Translations under genes and position numbers: made by a program
Notes under the pieces: generated by a model
What the model was told of the DNA's origin: nothing
What the model saw: the letters and a program-made list of their open reading frames with translations, nothing else
The model's database searches: none
Part shown: piece by piece, positions 59,414-64,000 of the stretch
How the letters are laid out: each line of letters starts with the position of its first letter
How positions within the stretch are numbered: position 1 is the first letter of the stretch
Assembly (NCBI GenBank): GCA_049841115.1
Contig: JASGHQ010000008.1
Coordinates: 1,073-65,072 of the forward strand
Direction: 5' to 3'
Length of the DNA stretch: 64,000 bases
Source: Flavobacterium sp.
GTDB lineage: Bacteria > Bacteroidota > Bacteroidia > Flavobacteriales > Flavobacteriaceae

Positions 59414-59884
59414 ATGACAATGGGCAATAAAAATGTAAATTGGAAAAAAGGACGTGGAAAGCTAGGCTTTTTTGATCCGTTAATAGGAAAATGGATCTGC
59501 AACAAAGGTAGCAAAGACCGTATGAATCCTGAGTGCATCAGGACTTTCAGCTACGGTATCGGCAACAGCTATATCATTGAAGATGTAATCTGGAATCTGG
59601 GCAATAAAAGCTACGAAGACCATACTATTATTGGCTTAGACAATTCCAAAGCAATCACCTTTTGGTCATTTACTTCCGATGGAAAAAATTCAAGCGGAAA
59701 ATTTGCAGATGTTACGGATGCCCACGAGCTGGCTATTGGGTTTGAAGCCGCAATGCCGGCTGGCATTGCGCGACAGGTCTTTTGGCCTGACGAAAAAGAA
59801 GGGTTTCACTGGGTGGTGGAATCCAAAAACAAAAAAGGCTGGAACCGTTTTCTACACCAGCATTATGTTCCCTACGAAAAGTAA
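59414..59884 (+). CDS. Hypothetical beta-barrel protein (DUF1579-like)
   Basis: FDPLIGKW, FWSFTSDG motifs; family assignment tentative. Confidence 0.65.
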   Translation: MTMGNKNVNWKKGRGKLGFFDPLIGKWICNKGSKDRMNPECIRTFSYGIGNSYIIEDVIWNLGNKSYEDHTIIGLDNSKAITFWSFTSDGKNSSGKFADVTDAHELAIGFEAAMPAGIARQVFWPDEKEGFHWVVESKNKKGWNRFLHQHYVPYEK

Positions 59885-59887
59885 AAT

Positions 59888-60013
59888 CGTTTCGCGGCTT
59901 TGCGCCGTAGCGGCAAGTTAAGGATAAATGTAATAAGAAATTGTGATGTCCGGAGTATTTTCCAAGAAAGATCAAGCCAGCTATGGCGCAAAACCGCTGT
60001 TAGTTGCTGGCAT
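59888..60013 (-). repeat. attC-like recombination site
   Basis: Minus strand: ACTAAC-A-GCGGTTTTGCGCCATAGC ... GCTACGGCGCAAAGCCGC-GAAAC-G|AT. Arms at 59980-59997 and 59894-59911 are 16/18 complementary around a 68-nt spacer. Confidence 0.72.
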
Positions 60014-60028
60014 GTTAGTCGCATATAA

Positions 60029-60676
60029 TTAATTGTAAGTGATTCTTCTATATTTTTTTAACTTTTTACTTTTAATATCATTGATAATCTTCTTGCTAAA
60101 GCCATATTTAGTTAATGTTTTAGTAATATTTTGGGACTGAATATGTTTATCAAAATAGTACATTCCCCACCAAATAATTTCTCCATCATCACCAAATAGA
60201 ATTTCAATTTCACAATGGCTTAGCAACCAGTAATCTTTCACAAAATATGCTTGGTGTTTATTATTGGTAATTTCTGTTACCTCTGAAAAATAGCAGGGTA
60301 TTGAATCGAAAGTTTTCAAATTTAGATACGTTGAAATTTTCTTTATTTTAAATATTTCTTCAGGAGTAACTACCTTTAGTTTTTTTTTCCTAGAAAAGAA
60401 CTCTAGTTTTTGTTCCAATGAAATCGTATCTATGTTGTCCAACCATACTCGACCTATTGAGTCTCTAATGTCTCCTTTAAATCGGTTTAACGTATTTTTA
60501 TAGCCACAAATACTCGTTGTAAGTAAGATTTTATTCTTTGAGATCAATGAATCTTTAATGATATTACAATATATTGAATCTGAAAAATGAAAAACTTTTT
60601 GTGCAGACAGAATGTTGCTCAAAAAAAGAAATATAAAAAGAAGTTTTAATTTCATCACGTGGTTTTCGTAAGTCAT
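60029..60676 (-). CDS. Cassette-borne secreted hypothetical protein
   Basis: 215 aa; signal peptide from the second Met (MKLKLLFIFLFLSNILSA|QK); about 27% GC by hand count over 60061-60420. Confidence 0.75.
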   Translation of the reverse strand: MTYENHVMKLKLLFIFLFLSNILSAQKVFHFSDSIYCNIIKDSLISKNKILLTTSICGYKNTLNRFKGDIRDSIGRVWLDNIDTISLEQKLEFFSRKKKLKVVTPEEIFKIKKISTYLNLKTFDSIPCYFSEVTEITNNKHQAYFVKDYWLLSHCEIEILFGDDGEIIWWGMYYFDKHIQSQNITKTLTKYGFSKKIINDIKSKKLKKYRRITYN

Positions 60677-60701
60677 TTATGCTTGCAGCTAACCTATTTA
60701 T

Positions 60702-60875
60702 ATGTCAATAAAAATCACCCTGATCACATTGGCGCTACTGAATTGCATGGTATTATTAGGGCAACTTTGGCCGGAAGGCGCCCCGCCATTTGCAACAACA
60801 GTTACGATAATTTTCCTGATCTGCAGCCTGTTGTTTTTTATAACCGAATTGGCAAAAGCCCGAAAGAAGAATTAA
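60702..60875 (+). CDS. 57-aa two-TM small membrane protein (below the ORF-track cutoff)
   Basis: MSIKITLITLALLNCMVLLGQLWPEGAPPFATTVTIIFLICSLLFFITELAKARKKN*; hydrophobic-turn-hydrophobic pattern with a basic C-terminus. Confidence 0.65.
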   Translation: MSIKITLITLALLNCMVLLGQLWPEGAPPFATTVTIIFLICSLLFFITELAKARKKN

Positions 60876-61276
60876 TTCAACTGCTCCTGGAAAACTTCGA
60901 GTAAAAATTCGGCCGGAATCATCTTGGTTGGCGAATCTTCCATCGCCTTCAGGACACGTTTGATGGCATGTGGATTGAGGCCCATATTGATACCTATTTC
61001 GTGTATCTTGATTTGCTCGCGTTCGTGCAGAACCCCATCGCAATGCATCAATAAAGCCAAACGGTAAAACTGCTGGATACGCTCAAATTCTGACTTGATG
61101 ACATGCGGATATTCTTCCTGATGAAACAGATTTTTAAATTCGTCCTTATCAATTTCAAGCTCTTCAGCTATCATCGAAAGAAAAAGATATTCCCTTTCGT
61201 GCAATCTTCCATCAACAACGGAAAAAGCAATCATTTCAGATAAAAGCGCTAATTTGTCTTTGTATTTGTTCATCAA
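60872..61276 (-). CDS. TerB-like (tellurite resistance family) protein
   Basis: Two repeats: VDGRLHERE and CDGVLHERE..I..IGINMGL. Confidence 0.8.
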   Translation of the reverse strand: MMNKYKDKLALLSEMIAFSVVDGRLHEREYLFLSMIAEELEIDKDEFKNLFHQEEYPHVIKSEFERIQQFYRLALLMHCDGVLHEREQIKIHEIGINMGLNPHAIKRVLKAMEDSPTKMIPAEFLLEVFQEQLN

Positions 61277-61378
61277 ATATTTATTTTTAGCTAAAATAGG
61301 ATTTTTATAAATATGAAAATCATTTATTTTTTAACATTGCTGACTGTCAATTTTATATAATTTTACAATCTTAAATTT

Positions 61379-61882
61379 TTGAAAACCATGAATATTTTAA
61401 AGGTATTTATTTGCAGCTTATTACTTGCCTCCACTGTTTCGTTTGGACAAAGCGCTTATGGGCGTGGACTCAACAATGGATATAACAATTATAACCAAAA
61501 CCATCAGCCTAAAGCACCGACTGCGGAGGAAATCGAAGAGCACAGGAATGAGTCTATTGACAATTATATGGCCAAATTAAAAGCCGATCTAAATTTGGAT
61601 GACCTTCAGTTCATTGCCATAAAGAATGAAATTGTAAACAATAACAAGAGTATTGATATTGTGATGAAAAAAGAAACCGACCAGGAAGCAAAATCCAAAG
61701 AAATAAAGGCTTTATCTGAAAAAGCGGAATCGAATATAATGTCTTATCTCAATAAAGATCAAAAAGAGAAGTTTCAGGTTTTCAAGGCTAATATGTACAA
61801 AAAGAAAGATAAGAAAGACAAAAAGGGAAAAGAGAAACGAAGCACAGATGACCTGCAGGAAGAAGTTCCTGTTAAAGAATAA
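61379..61882 (+). CDS. Secreted helical hypothetical protein
   Basis: Signal peptide; LNLDDLQ...IK, I.SYLNKDQKEKF (Spy/LTXXQ-like pattern). Confidence 0.7.
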   Translation: MKTMNILKVFICSLLLASTVSFGQSAYGRGLNNGYNNYNQNHQPKAPTAEEIEEHRNESIDNYMAKLKADLNLDDLQFIAIKNEIVNNNKSIDIVMKKETDQEAKSKEIKALSEKAESNIMSYLNKDQKEKFQVFKANMYKKKDKKDKKGKEKRSTDDLQEEVPVKE

Positions 61883-61897
61883 TTTAAAGACATTATT

Positions 61898-62698
61898 TTG
61901 AACTATCTTTTTTCGATCCTATCCTTATTTTTCAGTTGCCTTATAAATGCGCAGCCAAGCACTGCCAGCAAGCAGGTTTCAACCTTTAGCATTGAAGCGC
62001 CTCAACTCAAGACCACAAAGAAAATCTGGGTTTACCTTCCAAAAGACTATACGGTTTCCAAGCAAAAGTATCCTGTAATCTACATGCATGATGCCCAGAA
62101 TTTGTTTGATGCCAAAACTTCCTATGTTGGCGAGTGGAACATCGATGAAACCCTTGACAGCATTAACGCCAAAGTCGTTGTAATTGGCATAGAACATGGT
62201 GGCGACAAACGCATTGAAGAACTAACTCCGTGCAAGCATGAAAAATATGGCGGCGGAAATGCCGATGCCTATCTTGATTTTATTGTTTCGACATTAAAAC
62301 CAAAAATCGACTCGACGTACCGAACCAAAACCAACGCCAAAAATACGGCGATTTTCGGAAGCTCACTTGGCGGCTTGGTTTCATTTTATGCCGCAATCAA
62401 ATATCCGGAAGTGTTTGGCAAAGTGGGCTGTTTCTCGCCTTCTTTTTGGTTTTGCAGAAAAGACCTGAATGACATGCTGGCTAAAACCAAGGATTTTGAC
62501 ACCAAAATATATTTCTTATGCGGTGACAATGAAGGAGATGACGATGTGATACCCGACATGCAGAATGTGGAGCATTGGGTAAACACCAAACGCTGCCAAT
62601 GCAAAAAACTCAATAAAGAAGTTATCGTAAAAGGCGGTCAGCACAACGAAAAAATGTGGCGGGAACACTTTAAAAACGCGTACCTTTGGCTTTTTTAA
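61898..62698 (+). CDS. Alpha/beta hydrolase, putative esterase
   Basis: IWVYLP, YPVIYMHDAQNLF, GSSLGG nucleophile motif, GQHNE..W. Confidence 0.9.
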   Translation: MNYLFSILSLFFSCLINAQPSTASKQVSTFSIEAPQLKTTKKIWVYLPKDYTVSKQKYPVIYMHDAQNLFDAKTSYVGEWNIDETLDSINAKVVVIGIEHGGDKRIEELTPCKHEKYGGGNADAYLDFIVSTLKPKIDSTYRTKTNAKNTAIFGSSLGGLVSFYAAIKYPEVFGKVGCFSPSFWFCRKDLNDMLAKTKDFDTKIYFLCGDNEGDDDVIPDMQNVEHWVNTKRCQCKKLNKEVIVKGGQHNEKMWREHFKNAYLWLF

Positions 62699-62710
62699 AA
62701 CCTTACGGAA

Positions 62711-63145
62711 ATGAACAATAATGATATTTTCAAAAAACTACGCGTAGCCCTCCAACTACGTGACGACCAAATTGTCGCAATCATGCAATTGGTTGATTTT
62801 AGGATTTCAGCTGCTGAATTGGGTGCCTTTTTCAGGAATGCTGATCATCCAAAATACATGGACTGCGGCGATCAGGTGTTGCGTAATTTCCTGAACGGAT
62901 TGGTAATCCATCTTCGTGGCACCAAGGAAAACCCTAAAAATGCCATGGATGTAATCAAGCAAAACCAGGAGGCGGTAAAGAAAAATACTTCCGCCAAACA
63001 ATCCACAAGCGCCGTGACTGGGTTAAAGCCAAAGCCAAAAACTGAAGCCAAGAAAAAGCCATTCAATCCAAAAAATAAAAAACCAGCCCAAAAAATCGAG
63101 ATTGTAGAAAAGGTTCAATATAAAAATGGCAAAAACAAAAAGTAA
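62711..63145 (+). CDS. DUF1456 (YehS-like) protein
   Basis: MNNNDIFKKLRVAL, CGDQVLRNFLNGLV. Confidence 0.88.
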   Translation: MNNNDIFKKLRVALQLRDDQIVAIMQLVDFRISAAELGAFFRNADHPKYMDCGDQVLRNFLNGLVIHLRGTKENPKNAMDVIKQNQEAVKKNTSAKQSTSAVTGLKPKPKTEAKKKPFNPKNKKPAQKIEIVEKVQYKNGKNKK

Positions 63146-63152
63146 TTCAAAA

Positions 63153-64000
63153 ATGAATCTGCTTTCCAAATTTCTGCTTACCTGTTTCGTAATCCTTGCT
63201 TTTTCCTGTAACAGCAAATCGCATGAAACTGAAGTTGATTCAGAAATCAGCCCGGTTGGGATAATCTCAAAAACACCAAAAAAATTCCTTTTTGACGCTT
63301 CAAAAGCTGAAACAGCGGGCAATGCCGACTGGATTTTGGATGCAGACAGGTTCCCGCAACGCTTCCCAACACCAAATCAGTCTTCCATAACATCGAAAAC
63401 CCCTGAAACATATTGGAACGGAGCTTTGTCAGCCTGGGGAATTGCGTTGGTAAAATTGGGCCATATTGTTGAGACGCTACCAACCCGGAGCGTCATTACT
63501 TTTGGAACAAACAATCCGCAGGATTTGAAAAATTATGATGTTTTTGTAGTAGACGAACCGAATGTAAAATTCAGCGATCCTGAAAAAACCGCTATTCTAA
63601 ATTTTGTCAAAAATGGCGGCGGACTGTTTATGATTTCCGACCATACGGGCTCTGACAGAAATCAGGATGGTTTTGATTCGGTGGAGATATGGAATGATTT
63701 GATGGCTGAAAATTCGGTACAGCAAAATCCGTTTGGTTTTAGCATTGACAAAAACACTTTTTCTGAAATGACTTCGAATGTTTTGGCTTCAAATTCAAAT
63801 CCGGTCCTAAACGGTTCGCAGGGAAGAGTTACTCAACTGAAATATTCTGCCGGAGCATCGATAACATTAAACAATCCTAATGCCAAAGGATTAATTTGGA
63901 GGAACAGATCCAGTCAGGGAAATTCGGACGTGATGTGCGCTTCTTCTACTTTCGGAAAAGGAAGGGTTGTTATCATTGGCGACAGTTCTCCTGCCGATGA
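63153..64000 (+). CDS. Lipoprotein with class I glutamine-amidotransferase-like/DUF4350-like fold; truncated by window end
   Basis: Not in the ORF track; hand translation MNLLSKFLLTCFVILAFSC...FDASKAETAGNADW...YWNGALSAWG...NGGGLFMISDH...GKGRVVIIGDSSPAD, open to base 64000. Confidence 0.75.
   Translation, partial: MNLLSKFLLTCFVILAFSCNSKSHETEVDSEISPVGIISKTPKKFLFDASKAETAGNADWILDADRFPQRFPTPNQSSITSKTPETYWNGALSAWGIALVKLGHIVETLPTRSVITFGTNNPQDLKNYDVFVVDEPNVKFSDPEKTAILNFVKNGGGLFMISDHTGSDRNQDGFDSVEIWNDLMAENSVQQNPFGFSIDKNTFSEMTSNVLASNSNPVLNGSQGRVTQLKYSAGASITLNNPNAKGLIWRNRSSQGNSDVMCASSTFGKGRVVIIGDSSPAD

Larger units (their letters stand above)
59888..60692 (-). mobile_element. Solo integron-type gene cassette (SALIN-like), 805 bp
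   Basis: Promoterless low-GC ORF starting 16 nt inside a G|TTAGCTG core site, attC-like palindrome downstream, 12/15 match between 5' core and inverse core, and excision restores a 12-bp intergenic spacer. Confidence 0.72.

Noticed and set aside
55619-59884. Other AT-rich accessory-looking genes (55619-56062, 58752-59408, 59414-59884) as additional cassettes
   Set aside because: No core/inverse-core pair or attC-like palindrome in their very short flanks

Overview
Mostly core-genome window from a Flavobacterium-like member of Bacteroidota. This assignment is an inference from T9SS C-terminal sorting domains, TAnnTTTG -7 promoters, DUF5777/DUF3667/DUF4249-type genes and gene order. Housekeeping genes include trmL, rmuC, purL, pepT, nusB-yajC, trmD-rplS, icd, uvrB and tRNA-His. 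A cobalamin riboswitch precedes a BtuB-like receptor cut by the left edge, with a divergent B12/iron ABC transporter beside it. I found no transposase, integrase, prophage or CRISPR array. Three features stand out. (1) An 805-bp low-GC promoterless gene with an attC-like site (59888-60692) looks like a solo integron-type gene cassette inserted precisely at a G|AT site between two co-directional genes. (2) A two-gene module of a diheme c-type cytochrome lipoprotein plus a T9SS-secreted FG-GAP/ASPIC-UnbV protein is tandemly duplicated, directly next to a DUF5777 beta-barrel / OB-fold / monoheme cytochrome / YceI cluster (12.6-21.9 kb). (3) bshB1 carries a single-base frameshift. All calls come from reading the sequence and recalling family motifs; no database search was run.
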